DNA of 64,000 nt from Selaginella moellendorffii (Eukaryota; Plantae; Lycopodiophyta). The notes beneath the pieces are model-generated. The model saw only the letters and a list, made by a program, of their open reading frames with translations. It was not told the origin of the DNA and did not search any database. The position numbers and the translations under genes were made by a program. Below are positions 36,613 to 48,978 of the stretch, one piece after another. The stretch is taken from the NCBI RefSeq assembly GCF_000143415.4, contig NW_003314293.1, positions 898,062 to 962,061 on the forward strand. Direction: 5' to 3'. Numbering within the stretch: the stretch's first letter is position 1; each line of letters opens with the position of its first letter.

Positions 36613-39561
36613 TGATGCTTTGGTTGACTCCGGTTCTAGAAGTAACATTATCTCTCTTGAAGCTGCCCTTTTAGCACAGCTACAGGTCACTGAGAGCTCC
36701 TCCATCGTGCTCAAAACCTTCGCCAACCACACCGTTCCTCCAGCGGGCATTTGCTATGGTGTCAAGATCTCAGTGTAGGGTGTTATTTCTGAAGTGGATT
36801 TCCTAGTGGTTGACTACAAACGTCTTGGAACGTCCTCTTTGAAGGACTTTATCATCCTTGGCGATTCATGGCAAGCCATAGCCCATTGCACCATTGACAG
36901 CGCACAAGGCAAGATGGAAATTAGCGATGGAACCCACAGCACCACCTTTCTCAACAACCACAGCAGAGCTCTTTCTCAACAAGCCCAACAGGCTCAGACT
37001 AAGATGGCCTCCACACAATACTTTCCACCTGAACTCACAGAGGTTTTTCCTGAGTTGGCAGTGGCATCGATCATCTATATGACGGATGCTTTCTCATGCA
37101 ATGCGATTGACATGGTTGGAGGTGAGTCAGGTAGCCTGAGACATCTCTCAGCTTAAGGCCAAGCCTCTAGACAGGCCCTCTTTATTTGATGACGGGGCTT
37201 ATAAAGTCTGGGCTCCCATATCCAGAGTGTTTCTTTATAGAGGAAGGGCTCCTCGATTCGTTTCTTGCATGGGACCAACTCTCTCTTATGGAGCTTGATG
37301 ACATAGTCACCCCAGACCAAGTCCATCTTTCGCAGGATTCAATCCTCCTCAGCAACTATCTGAGGTGTCGCACAGCCAGCATCTTCCTACTGAAATCGCG
37401 GTAGCTGACAACTCTAAGCGTATTTTGTCATGCCGTTCTTTGGAGACGAAGGATGACATCCAGACCCACAACAGGAAAAAGGAATCAAGCCAATCGGATG
37501 TGCTGCATGCACATTATAGCTCTTTGAGTTCAGAACTTCTTACTGTAAAGCCCTCAGTATTCCAACCACCAGAACGATTTTGTCGCTTTCATGCTGGAGC
37601 CCGTATCCATTCCCATGTTTGTTTTACTATGCTAACCTTTCTTTTACAGTGATCGGTTCACAGTCCTCATACTTTATCTTGGATTGTGACCATCCAAGAG
37701 TTCCAGCCAACTCTTCACATGCGGCTGATCCACAACTGAACATCTCCTTCAAGGCAAGTAGAAGATCAAGTTAGTCATCGATTACTAGCGGTCTGCTGAA
37801 CCATTCGAGGATAGCGATCTCGTTCTACTCAAGGAGTTTATGCCACTTTCGAAGTTCTCCCCTCGCTGGACCGGCCTCTACTTTGTCCAGCGACACATTG
37901 GAGGCAGAGCATATGTGCTAGTTAATGCTGATGGACGTGAGCTCCCACACGCTCACAACCACTCTCATCTCAAATGCTTCATCCGGTGAGGTGTTCCTTT
38001 TCTCTTCTTTTTTCTTTTTTTCTTTTTCTTCCTTTCTTTCACTTTACTTTCATGGCTACTTTTCTTACTTTCAGAGGGTGTTTCTCCATTGGACTGTGGC
38101 CTATGACCTGGATTTTGTGCTCAGGCTGCATTGCCGTTTGTATGGAGGTTCCTCACTTGGCTCGGTCTATGTTCCACATTCTTTGGCCCTTCCCTTACCA
38201 TTACTACACCCTACAACTTCCCCTCACTCATTCCATATCATCTACACTCACAATTCCATTACTAATCACTTCCAGTAGTGTTGCCCACACTTATCTCTAG
38301 ATGCCCGTATTACATCTTTCATTCTTTCACCATCATTCACACCTCTGTTTGAGGTCACATTTACACCATACCACGGACACACATATGTGCACCAGCAGCA
38401 AAAGACACCACCTCATTTAGACGTGCCATTTCCGAGATATCCTTATGACCATTTGCTGACAACGCATTAGCTTTTCTGGAGCAACTTTCTTCCAACCAGG
38501 TGAACCTGTTCACTCAAGGCACCTAGGTGGATCTTTAGGCGAGGCCATAGAAGCCAACGCCACTTTCTTCTGCTCCAGCACTCAATGGACACATGCCACC
38601 TCTCTTTATCGGCAACCTAGTGACTATGACATCCTTTTCAGCTGCTGACTGCTTTAGTCTGACATATCAAACTGGCCACCTTCTCAGAGTGCCACCCCAT
38701 CTCAGCGCTCCACCATATCACTCCACCATATCGGTATTGGTGCAGGCGCAGGAGTAGGAGAGAGCAGGTGGTTACCGGTTACAGGTTACAGGTCCCCAGT
38801 TACCGGTTACTAGTTACTGGTTACTGGTTACTGACTACTCCGAGTGGTTAGCGTTTACTCTACAGGCCAACGGTTATCAATGGCCGCCTTTTCAGGGTGC
38901 CACCACCATCTCAGCGCTCCATCATATCACTCCATCTTTCATCATCTCCACACTTACCACCCTTGGGCAATGCATCCCCTCTTCTACCTCTCTTTTTTTC
39001 TCGATTTCGACCAATCCTTGGAGCATACCGGAAGTCATCAAGAGGCTGCATTTGCATATTACACTTTCCTGAGCCAAAATCCAGGTACGGGTTAAGTTCT
39101 TTGGGTACTCACACTCTTTTTCCTCTATTTTCCTCCTCTTTTCACACTTTTTCTACACTTTTCTTCAACTTCAGGGTTCAGTTTAACTACAGGGTTTCCC
39201 ACCGAGTTTTCCTCCATGTCTCCAAACTTCACACCTACCTCTTTTCTTTCTTTTCCACTTTGTTTTCTAGAGTTTCCACTATTTCATGCAGCTACTAGCA
39301 CTTGGCATCGGTAGCAGAGGTACACTCTACACTCTTCGAAGGGTTCTCACATGTTTGGAGCCAGCCTGATCCACCATGGTCGCATGTTAGGGTGTGGCCA
39401 CTGAGAGAGTGAGAGAGAGAGAGAGAAGGAATATTCTAGTCCTCAGAATATTCCCCATCTTCCTTGCCTCACAAGGGCAAGGGGGGCATTTTGCGAAGAG
39501 CATTGAAACATTTCTCATGTTTGAGCGAGAGTTGGGGGAGGCACCCCTCCTTCCCCCAACA
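36613..39561 (+). mobile_element. Insert F: Gypsy deletion derivative (PR plus INT C-terminus, long non-coding tail, single terminal LTR) nested in E gag
   Basis: Begins TG, ends CA, flanked by CTGTT (36608-36612 / 39562-39566). PR DALVDSGSRSNIIS..IILGDSW; INT tail KFSPRWTGLYFV..HNHSHLKCF; LTR-like 39385-39561. Confidence 0.8.
38770..38835 (+). repeat. Degenerate 7-bp tandem repeat (GGTTACN)n within F
   Basis: ggttaccggttacaggttaca..gttaccggttactagttactggttactggttact. Confidence 0.85.
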
Positions 39562-40630
39562 CTGTTCGGCAGCTTGGTGTGAGTTGTCAACTTGTTTGTC
39601 AAGTGCTTGCCTATTGGATGATTCGGGTTGGTCGTCTTTACCGCTATTGATTGGGTATATTGGAGTGTGACTGTAGTGGGTGAAGTCAAGTTGTTGTCTT
39701 GTCGGCACATTGAAGTTGAAAGCGTGTTCGAAAGGTCTTGCTGATAGCGGGCTTTGGTAGATGTTGGAAGCAAATGTGGGATATATTGGTGTTGTGACGA
39801 TCAGTCAGTATGGTGAAAATGGTGCCGGTCTGGTGAAGTCTATGAAGCTGGGCGGGAAACTCGGTCGTTCGTCGTCACTATAGATGGGGTTGGTGAATGT
39901 ACCTTTGAAGTGGTTGTATGCTGCTTGAAAAATGTTTTCTTGCTTGGGCATAGTCTGTGTCAACTGCTCGAATGTTTGGTCAAGCTCGGGCACTTCGGTG
40001 GGTGCAGTCAACGGTGTTGGTTCAGGCTCAGGCACTTCGGTGGTTGCCATCAAGGGTGCTGCCGGTGGTGTGTCCGGTGGTGTCGTGTAGTTGTCATATT
40101 CTTTGCGGATGTTTGAGACTAATTTGTCAGAGTTAGCTCGTGGTAACAATTCGTGTCGGATGTAATTCTCTCTCTTGGAGGGTCTGATAACTTGATTTAA
40201 CTTCTCTTGGTCTTTCTTTCTCTTTGTTTCTAAATTCTTCAAATTTCTATCTAAACGTTGGATAAGCCATTGTTGGTCTTCTTCCGACTTGCTGGATGTT
40301 CTTCTTGGTTTTGAATACATGCATTCTTCTACTTGTTGTCAGTTTCAGATTTGCGTTCGCAGTCGGTCATGCAGTTCAGGCAGAACTTCGGGAAGACTGT
40401 CGGTGGGCCAATTGTCGATAAAGTCGTTGTGAGCTTGTTCTTTCTTTTCGGTCCAAATATCGACAGTGGTGCGTGTTGGGTTGGGTTGTGTTCAGTCGAG
40501 TTGTGTTGGGTCGAGTGTGCTGGTGCAGTATGTAGACTGGTCTTCCACTTGCTGGTGCCGAGATGGAGTTCAATGAAGAGTTTTGGATACTCATGTTTGT
40601 CTGAAATAATTTCTTCGATAATATCGTCAA

Positions 40631-41220
40631 TGTAAGCAACAAATGGAACGACTTGAGAGACGGTCCATGGGGTTCAAATATAGAGGGAAAGGGCCCATGA
40701 ATAAGAGTGCACCCCCTTTTCCAATCGGTTAAGGGTCTTGGGATATTTGGGGTTAAGCGTCCTTGGGTTTGAATAGTACTAGGCTGGGTGACCTCCTGGG
40801 AAGTCCAAACTCAGGAGTTTACATTTGGTATCAGAGCGGTCCCAGGTCCGACTCTGTTGGTTGGCTAAGGGAATCACACCACATGTTGATTGACATCTGG
40901 CTAGTCCAGTTTGCTCCCGCTAGGCTCGACCCGAGGGGTAGGGTGTCAAGAGAGCAGGGCTCTCGGGAGAGCTGCGGCTCTTAGCTTCCGTTCAGAGAGA
41001 GCGTGAACTTGTAGCGAAGCATGGTGAATTGTAAGCAACCAAAGAGAATGACTCGAGAGACGATCCATAGGGGTTCAAATATAGAGGGAAAGGGTGAACA
41101 AGAGTGCACCCCCTTTTCCAATCGGTTAAGGGTCTTGGGATATTTGGAGTTAAGTGTCTTTGGGTTTGAATAGTACTGGGTTGGGTGACCTCCTAGGAAG
41201 TCCAAACTCAGGAGCTTACA
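40631..41220 (+). mobile_element. Cassandra-type TRIM copy 3, in the 5' ORF of E
   Basis: LTRs 40631-40823 and 41030-41220; PBS TGGTATCAGAGC; perfect TSD GTCAA. Confidence 0.95.
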
Positions 41221-41370
41221 GTCAAGTTGTTCGAGTCCGGATTGGGCGATGGAGCTTACAGTCAAGTTGTTCGAGTCCAGATTGGGCGATGGAGCTTACA
41301 GTCAAGTTGTTCGAGTCCGGATTGGGCGATGGAGCTTACAGTCAAGTTGTTCGAGTCCGGATTGGGCGAT
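41211..41370 (+). repeat. 40-bp tandem repeat x4 spanning the Cassandra 3' end and its flank
   Basis: Unit GGAGCTTACA|GTCAAGTTGTTCGAGTCCGGATTGGGCGAT, four copies, one substitution. Confidence 0.95.
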
Positions 41371-41699
41371 GGTGTGATTGGTGAGAGTTGATGCAATGAA
41401 CGTGTTGATTTCGAACCAAGGTCGGACTGTCGTTTCGGTGCTGAGCTGCTGACTCTGTCGGAGAGGTTGTTGAAAAATCGGTGGTGCGTTCTCAAGTTGT
41501 CCCTTGACGAGCTCTCCCTTGACGAGCTCTCCCTTGACGAGCTCTTTGATACCAAGTAACAGAGTGATGGTTTCGTCGTTGGTGTAGGTTCTGACGATGT
41601 GCTGCGGTATTGGGAGTGGATGTGGGAACTGGAATTGTTTCAGAGCGCTAGGATTGCCGGGTCAACGACTGCGCGGAAGAGGGGTTCATTTCGGCAATG

Positions 41700-41820
41700 G
41701 CGTTGGTTCATGTCGAGTGCGCTGGTTGAGTTCTCGAGCTTGGAGTGTGTGGTCTTGTGCCGTCGGTTCATGTCGAGTGCGCTGGTTGAGTTCTCGAGCT
41801 TGGAGTGTGTGGTCTTGTGC
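41700..41820 (+). repeat. 60-bp tandem duplication in the 5' ORF of E (a 15-bp x3 repeat lies at ~41500-41545)
   Basis: Lines 41701 and 41761 are near-identical; (TCCCTTGACGAGCTC)3 upstream. Confidence 0.9.
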
Positions 41821-42209
41821 TTAGAAATGGAGTTCGCCAATGAAGTGGCCAAGGGCGTCTGCTGATGAAGGTGCTGGTCGACTGGAGTTTCTTATTGAAA
41901 AGGGTTGTTGGTGTTCTTCGTCGGTGATGGGACTCAGAGATCTTGAGAGAGAGCTTTCAGATTTTTCAAAGATCTCCTCTAGAAAGCGTCTATCTATACT
42001 GTGTTGGGCAGAAACTGCTTGGACGCCATTGATCCATGTTGGTGGTGGCATTTACTTGTTGAATTTGGGCAAATTTACAAATTTGGGCGTAATTTGAGTG
42101 AATTTGGGTGAGGTGGGTAGATTCGTAATCTTTCGAGTTATTTGTGCACAGAGAATGGAGAAAGAATTGAAGAATTCGTGAACCTAAAGGGGAATTCAGA
42201 GGCTGTAGT

Positions 42210-44589
42210 TGTTAGGCGCCAGCTTTGACTACGTGGTCAACATCGGTCAAAGGGAGGCTCAAGGGTATATTAAGGCATGTTAGGGTAAGGGACTTAACCT
42301 ACCCTAGGGCTCACAGTGGAGCGGCGGCGCAGTGGAGCTTTTGAGGTAGCTCGGGGGTGGTTGGGTGGTGAGGAACCTCAAGAGGTGGCGTAGCATAGTC
42401 TAGGGCAACTAGATCTTTGTCTTTTTGCGCCGGATCATAACATTGGTATCAGAGAAGTTGGTTGCGATGGCCGACCAAGCTGAACGCTGGAATCCTATCA
42501 TCAATGGTGGTGCCGACGATGGTGCCGACGAAGCTGCGGAGATTTGGACCATTCAAGATGTGGTTCATGAGCTGCGAGCCCTTAATAAAAATCAGCAAGA
42601 GATGCAAGACGAGATGCATGGCATGATGGATACCATGCGTGGGTGTGTTGAGGCACTCGAGGCTCGACGGGGTAGCACTCCAAGTAAGCCTTCTTTGGTA
42701 GATCAACTCAAGATTCCAACTTTTTCGGGTGATGGTGGTAGCCACTAAAGCCTCTGCATCTAGAGTTCCTCTAGCAGCCAAGAACTTCTTCACATTGGCT
42801 AGCCAAGCGAGACACTCATCCACGTGGCTATTTCGATGGTTTTCCGTGATGCGGGTCTTCGATGGTGGAATTGGCTTGAGGAGTCCCGTGTTGCGGATAA
42901 GAAAACCACCAGTGTCTACCATGGATGAGTTTGAGGCTGCTTTCCGTTTACGTTTTGCCCCTCATTACGATGTGGAGAATGCTCGTACAGAACTTCGCCA
43001 TTTCTAGCAAGGGAAAATGACGCTCGGGGATTATATTGAGAAGCTTACTCGCTTGATTAGTCGTGTTCCAACGAAGGATCCTGATCAGAACAAGTCCTAC
43101 TTCATTGATGGCCTACATAGTGAGAGCATGCGGCAACACTTGCGTCATTCTCAGCCTACAAAGAGTTTGGAGGAGCTCTTTGATGTGGCTCGTCGACTTG
43201 ACAATGACAAGCACAAGTCTCGCAAGCGTTCGCGGAGTCCTGCTGTCGAGAATCGTCGTGATGATCGCCATGGACACAAGGATGGGAACAAGCATCACAA
43301 GTTGAAGTCGGTGGTGACTACTTCAGATGCAAAGGGGTCCAAGAAGCAGAAGTTCTTTGTGAAGAATTATAGACAAGGTTGTCATCATTGCGGTGAACTT
43401 GGACACTACAAAGCTGATTGTCCGCAGTTGAAGAACAAGCAGCAGGACAAGAAGAATGGCCAATCATCTTCTCATGGTAAGTCAGATACTAAAAAGTTGC
43501 AAGCTTTACAGCGTGAGGATGACGAGAACGACCATTCTGGTCGGAGGAAGAGACTTTCGATCGTTGCTCGTCAACTCAATTGTGTTTGGAACAAGATGGA
43601 GCTTGAGGATACGCGTGAATCAGCTTTAATGCTGGAGGGTGTGTTCCGTGGTGATCTAGTGCGGATTTTACTGGATAGTGGGAGCGATGACAACTTTGTT
43701 TCGGCAAAGTTTGTTGCGGAGCATCGCCTGAACAGACGTGGAGTTCTTCCATACACAGTGGAAGGTGCAGCTACCTCTGCTCAGCATTTCGATGCTTGTG
43801 TCGAGGGGCTGGAAGTGTTGGTTGGCAAAACCACACTTGTGGAGACTTTTTATCTCGTGGATATCCATCGTGTGGATCTCATCCTTGGGATGCCATGGTT
43901 GGTGAAGGTGGATCCAGAGATAAAATGGAGCATTAAGCGTATCTCGCTGGAGTATGGTGGCGTTAAAGATGTGTGGTTTGGCGAGGGCGTTCAACCACCA
44001 GTTGTTATGCTCTCTGTTACATCTTTGAAGTGGGCTTGTCGTAATGGAAAAGCACTTTCAAGTTACTTCCTGTTTGTTCGTGACGTGGGGGACCAAGGCA
44101 CGTGTGGGGGAGAAGCAGTAGTACGGGATGTACTTGATGAGTTTTCTGATGTTTTTCCATATGAACTTCCTCATGGATTGCCTCCATTACGAGGTGTGGA
44201 GCATGGGATTACATTGGAGCTAGGGACGCGGCCAATTTACCAGCGTCCATTTCGGTTAAGTTATGTGGAGGAGCAAGAAGTTCAACGACAAGTCAAGGAG
44301 TTACTTGAGTTTGGATTCATTCAGCCAAGTAAGTCTCCATTTGGTGCTCCGGTCTTGCTTGTGAAGAAGGACGGTTCAATGCGAATGTGTATTGACTACC
44401 GCACTTTGAACAAGAAGATAGTGAAGGATAAAATGCCGATGCCACGTGTGGATGATATCCTAGACAAGCTTGGTGAAGCACGAGTGTTTATCAAGATTGA
44501 TATGAGGAGTGGATATCATCAGATTGCAATGGATGATGCATCTATCTCCAAGACGGCATTCAACACAAGCTTCGGACATTTTGAGTTTA
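42210..44589 (+). mobile_element. Gypsy family A copy 3: 5' LTR, PBS, gag-PR-partial RT, 3' truncated
   Basis: LTR 42210-42442; PBS from 42444; ORF 43017-44639 has [20 protein letters not shown] and [11 protein letters not shown], and breaks after GHFEF. Confidence 0.93.
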
Positions 44590-45030
44590 AGCTTTATTTC
44601 GTTAAAGTGGGAATTGTCATTATCCCACTTGTAAAATAAGGTTTCCAAACCTTTATATAGTATATAAATATAACAAAATTCAACTGCATTGAGGCACATG
44701 CCATTTTATTTTAAACAAGGAAATGTCTACTCAATCACTTCTCCTCCCCCTGCCACTGCTTCACCTCTCTCTTCTCCTTGTCATCGTCATCCAATTTCTT
44801 TCCATCCTTTTAATATTGGCTCAGTTGCTCCGAGTCTAGGTGGAGCCCAAGTCCCCATTCAATCTTTACTTTCCCTTTATTAATAAAACAACTTCGTAGA
44901 CTTCCAATAACATGCTGTAACACTTCTAGTATAATGCAAATCCTCTCAAAGAATTGTCTTTTAATATTAATACAATGGCATGGAACCCCATGCCATAATA
45001 AGTTACATTTTTAAATAAATACATGCCATC

Positions 45031-45599
45031 TTAGACTGTTATTTTTTGCCTCCAACGCCTATACAATAATCTTGGAATTTCATCACTCTCCACACTATCA
45101 GGATTTAAACCCAATAGTAATGCCATCTCTTCTCTAATACGTCCATGCTCATGTTCAGTGGTCGAAGAACCCATCCGGTTGAGCAGATTATGGAGATGCG
45201 GATAGTGCTTCGCTAGACAATATACATGCCATAAATGATGACTGGTGTCTGTCCGATCAAATGGCTTCTGATATACCGTTCCATCTGCCATTTGGTTGAT
45301 TTCTGCAGCCGACACGTGGGGGTGAAAGCCCAAAGCGCTTGTCTCCCTAGGGCGTGGTAGGCAAATTGCAAATTGAACCCGGCCCTCTGTTTTAAGTGTC
45401 GCATGGTCATTATTAGATCCCGCAGTTTCTCCCGTGTGATTAATGTGAATCTGTCTCTTTTGACCAACTTGCGACCGCAGGCTTTGGAGGGTGCAGTGAC
45501 ATTCGAGGACGAGACATGCTCATGGGAGAAAAGGACACCGTTCAGATCAAAAACGATACAGTACCTTCGCCGTGACTCTGAAATGAAATGCGTCAGCAT
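45031..45599 (-). pseudogene. Chimeric gene relic: NIF/FCP1-like HAD phosphatase N-terminus followed by a possible AMSH/JAMM-like C-terminal piece
   Basis: CIVFDLNGVL motif; in another frame TEG..C..GFHPH..DGTVY. Motif recognition only. Confidence 0.4.
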
Positions 45600-47787
45600 A
45601 AAAAATGGTACAAGTCAATTTTACCATCTACAATATTAGCGAATGGTGCTCCCGATGGTCGTTAAGAGGGTTTTGGTGGAGGAAACGTGAAGGGGGGAAA
45701 TACTCTCCTCTGCAATGTGGGGTCAATCGCATCCGGAGTTGGTGGCGAAGTTACAAACTGGGTGTGTCTTGAAGTGGATGCCGATGCACACGAGCGCGAT
45801 GCGAGCGCGAGTGTGATGCAAGCGCAAGTGGACGCCGATGCACACGAGAAACCTGTAGAGAAGGTAGATGAGCGCGAATGTGAGCGTGATCGCGAGTGGG
45901 AGCGCGATGCGAGCGCGAGTACGAAGCAAAATGCAAAACCTAACCTCACACACGCGAAATGTCACGACGGTTGGTAATCCCGCCACGTCATCATTCCTCG
46001 GACTTGGGCGCCACCATTAATTTCTGGATCGCCGCGCGCATGCATGCACGTGAAATCCAAAAGAAATCCGCAACGTCATCATTCCTCGGACTGCATGCAT
46101 GCGAAATCCAAAAGAAAGATCATGATTGGGATATCATTTAATACCCTCGCTATATTTATACCATGCATGATTGGATATTTCAAAGCATCTTGTATTTCCA
46201 AAAATGCCAAATGTTCAACTAAATAAAAAATGGTATACAAAAAATCCCAAAAATTGCACCAAAAAATGCTCGGCGTCATCTGGCGTTATCTTTTGAATGG
46301 CGTGGGGCCGCATGCCATTTTCAGGGGCACATAGGAGTATATTCCTAGGATATTCTGACATGCGCGAGATTTTTTTGAGTTTTCTGGAGATCCAACCGTT
46401 AGATCGCAACTAGATTTTACAGAATGGTATACAATGCCCTTCTTGATGACCCTGGAGAGAAGCATCTCAATCGGACACTACATGAGACCACACGAGCCTT
46501 ACAATTTTTCAGGGGCATTTGCCATAGATCCGACCGTTATTTTGCTCCAAGATTCTACAGTTTGGTGTGCATTGACCTTTCCATTGACACTACAAAGGGA
46601 CACCACAATCAGATGCAGGATCACAAGAAACCAACTTCACTAACTCTGGTTTCACCAAGATCTACGTAAGGAGTTATGAAATGAAAGGACCCTCTCTATT
46701 AAAATGTGTTTATGGTCCTAGGGGCATTGTGACATATCAAAGGATTTTGCATCAAGTTCTGTATTTGCATGTTTATCAAGCTACTGAATTGCTAAACCCT
46801 AAACCCTAAACATGTGGCAAATGCTGCGTGAAGAAAGATGCCCTTTCTGGGCAAATGCTGTAAGAGGCAGATGCCGAGCAGATGTATCTCAGGCTAGCGA
46901 AGGGGACAAACAAAAGCTAGCTATAAACATGACGGGATGCAAATAGATTACTAGGCTGGTCCTGCGAAAATCAAAAACCATAATTGAAAACATTGAAAAT
47001 GCAAAAAGAAAGGTTTATAATATTTTTGAATTTTAAGCAACCAAAGGAATGTAAGTAGGGCATGTGTTTGTAAGTTTAAAAATGCCTCAACCACTTAAAT
47101 TCCCAAGTAAATAAAGCTGTTTCTATTTTTGGTATACGTAAACTTTATAGCGTGTGGGCTCATGCAATTTTGAACCCAAAAATGCACCAAAAAATGCTCG
47201 ACTAGCATTATTCTTTGAATGGCGTGTGGCCTTATATTGCCATAAATGGACGTACACACAGAGCATAATTATTCCTTTACACGGCGAATAATCTTGGCGC
47301 GGATCGCTGACATGGCATGGCAAAGTTCGAATCACTGACATGGCACAGCTGGATCGAGGCAAGGACATGATGTGACAAAATTCAACCTCCGACAGTGAAG
47401 TCTAGAAGCTACTCAGTTTGAAATTTGTCAGAGGAATCATAAGATCTGGTTTGTCAAAGGATTTGATGTGACGTTCAAGCGTGTGTTATTTTTGAATTCT
47501 CGAACTCATTCCTAGGTCTATCATTTTTGTGCGCCGTGTTGTTGGTTCCGCTGAGCGCAGTGAGCGCTGCTTGTGTAAGCGGCGTTGTGAGCTGTGGTTT
47601 ATGCGTCTACGAGCGGTTGCGGCATTGCGAGCGCCATTGCGAGGGCAGTTTATGCGAGTGGCAGTTTGTGCGAGCGGCGCTACGAGCAGTTGCGGTGTTG
47701 CGAGCAGCACTGTCTTTGGTGTGGCTACCGCTTCCTCTTGATATTCGGCACTTGTGCTTCCTGGTATGTTCACCATGGAATGGCTTA

Positions 47788-48978
47788 CATGGAACCATCG
47801 ATAGGCTAATATTAATTTTACCAACTCAAAGTGTAACCTTGAGTTGCTAATGTGCCTCACTCACGAGCCCAAACGCAAACTCATACAAACGGAATATCTT
47901 ATATCCAACCTTTGAGCTTAAGAGCATAATACAAAATATAACCAATTTTCATACCCAAGTTATGATTGCGAAGTCATAGCACTCAAACATGTACCCACTT
48001 GGATTATCATTTTCATTTTTATGTATGCAACAAGATTAGTTACCCAATCTCATTGGATAGTACTCACTAAAACATATCCTTTGATACCAAATGTAGCTCA
48101 TGTGGTTTTTACCTTTTATCCTATGGAGATTTACCATAGAACAACTATAAAGCGGAACCTAAACCCTTCATATGCTAAATGTCATATACTACATGTCCAA
48201 AGAACAATGGAGTGGAACCTGAGTTTTAGAGCCTTGGGCCACTGAATGAAAGAACGGAGCTAAATTCCCAAGCATAGAACTAGGGAGTTAAAGAAATGGC
48301 GCACAAAGCAACTCCCAAGCGGACAACCCAAAGAGTGAAGGGATAGAAGCATAAAGCGATTTAGAACAGTCTTGGAGCTTCCAACATCCTAATGCCAAGA
48401 CTAGCACACAAAACAAAGCTAAATGGAGTTTAGCATTATTTCAACATACCGGTGGCTTAATGCGAGGATATGGGTACTTCACCAGTTAGCATGGTGTGGA
48501 ACTTGAGCTTAAACCCAAGCTAAACACAGAATAATGACAGGTACGCAAGTGGGAGCTAGACCATATCTCAAGTTGGTTGGCCCTACCTGACCTACCCACT
48601 ATCTCTATTATACATTTAGAACCCCCCATAGCAATTGGAACCAAACGGTACTGACACAAAGTGCATGATAGCGAGGGTGTTTGGTAGACATGGTAAGCTA
48701 TCACATAACAATATTGAGGGATTAAACTCAATACACAAGGGTTCTTGCCAAGCCAGTGCAAGATAAAGCAAAAAAGAACTAACAAGCTAGGCCAAATATG
48801 CTTAGCTAAATAAACATTTAGTAGTATAGATGTTAAGTCTAGTTTATTAACACTTGAACAAAAGGGAATGAAAAAGAGTCCAGTAATACCGACCTCCTAC
48901 CTTTGTGGCAGTAAAAAAAGAATATCCTAAAGGATTAGTCGACAGGTAACTTTCGATACTTAAATCACATTCATGACA
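47788..48978 (-). mobile_element. Family B fragment: internally deleted 5' LTR (48092-48978), PBS and ~300 bp of interior
   Basis: Homology to 23340-24797; TGATACCA next to the LTR end. Confidence 0.88.

Larger units (their letters stand above)
29851..42209 (-). mobile_element. Element E: non-chromovirus Ty3/Gypsy (Athila/Tat-like branch, possibly the lycophyte Selgy lineage) with extra 5' and 3' ORFs; 5' LTR not found
   Basis: PR (AIIDGGSNVN, ILLGRPWL, ~36480-36100); RT (FTWSYQDHKG, FLDGFSGYNQI); RNase H (YYASQLLNPAERNYTTNEKE); INT (GHFAADTT..CKRCDTCQ, TPYYPQGNGQAEATNK). PPT 30115-30126 and putative 3' LTR 29851-30114. Removing F restores the frame AAEQLTDMTSTP. Confidence 0.85.

Noticed and set aside
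41211-41370. CRISPR-like array
   Set aside because: Units are contiguous with no unique spacers, derive from an LTR/host junction, and the context is eukaryotic.
43017-44639. 540-aa ORF as a functional or domesticated gene
   Set aside because: Truncated gag-pol: upstream stop and inversion, RT cut before the catalytic DD, tail read from unrelated flank.
46792-46810. Interstitial telomere (CCCTAAA)n
   Set aside because: Fewer than three units; such telo-box-like runs are common in plant DNA.
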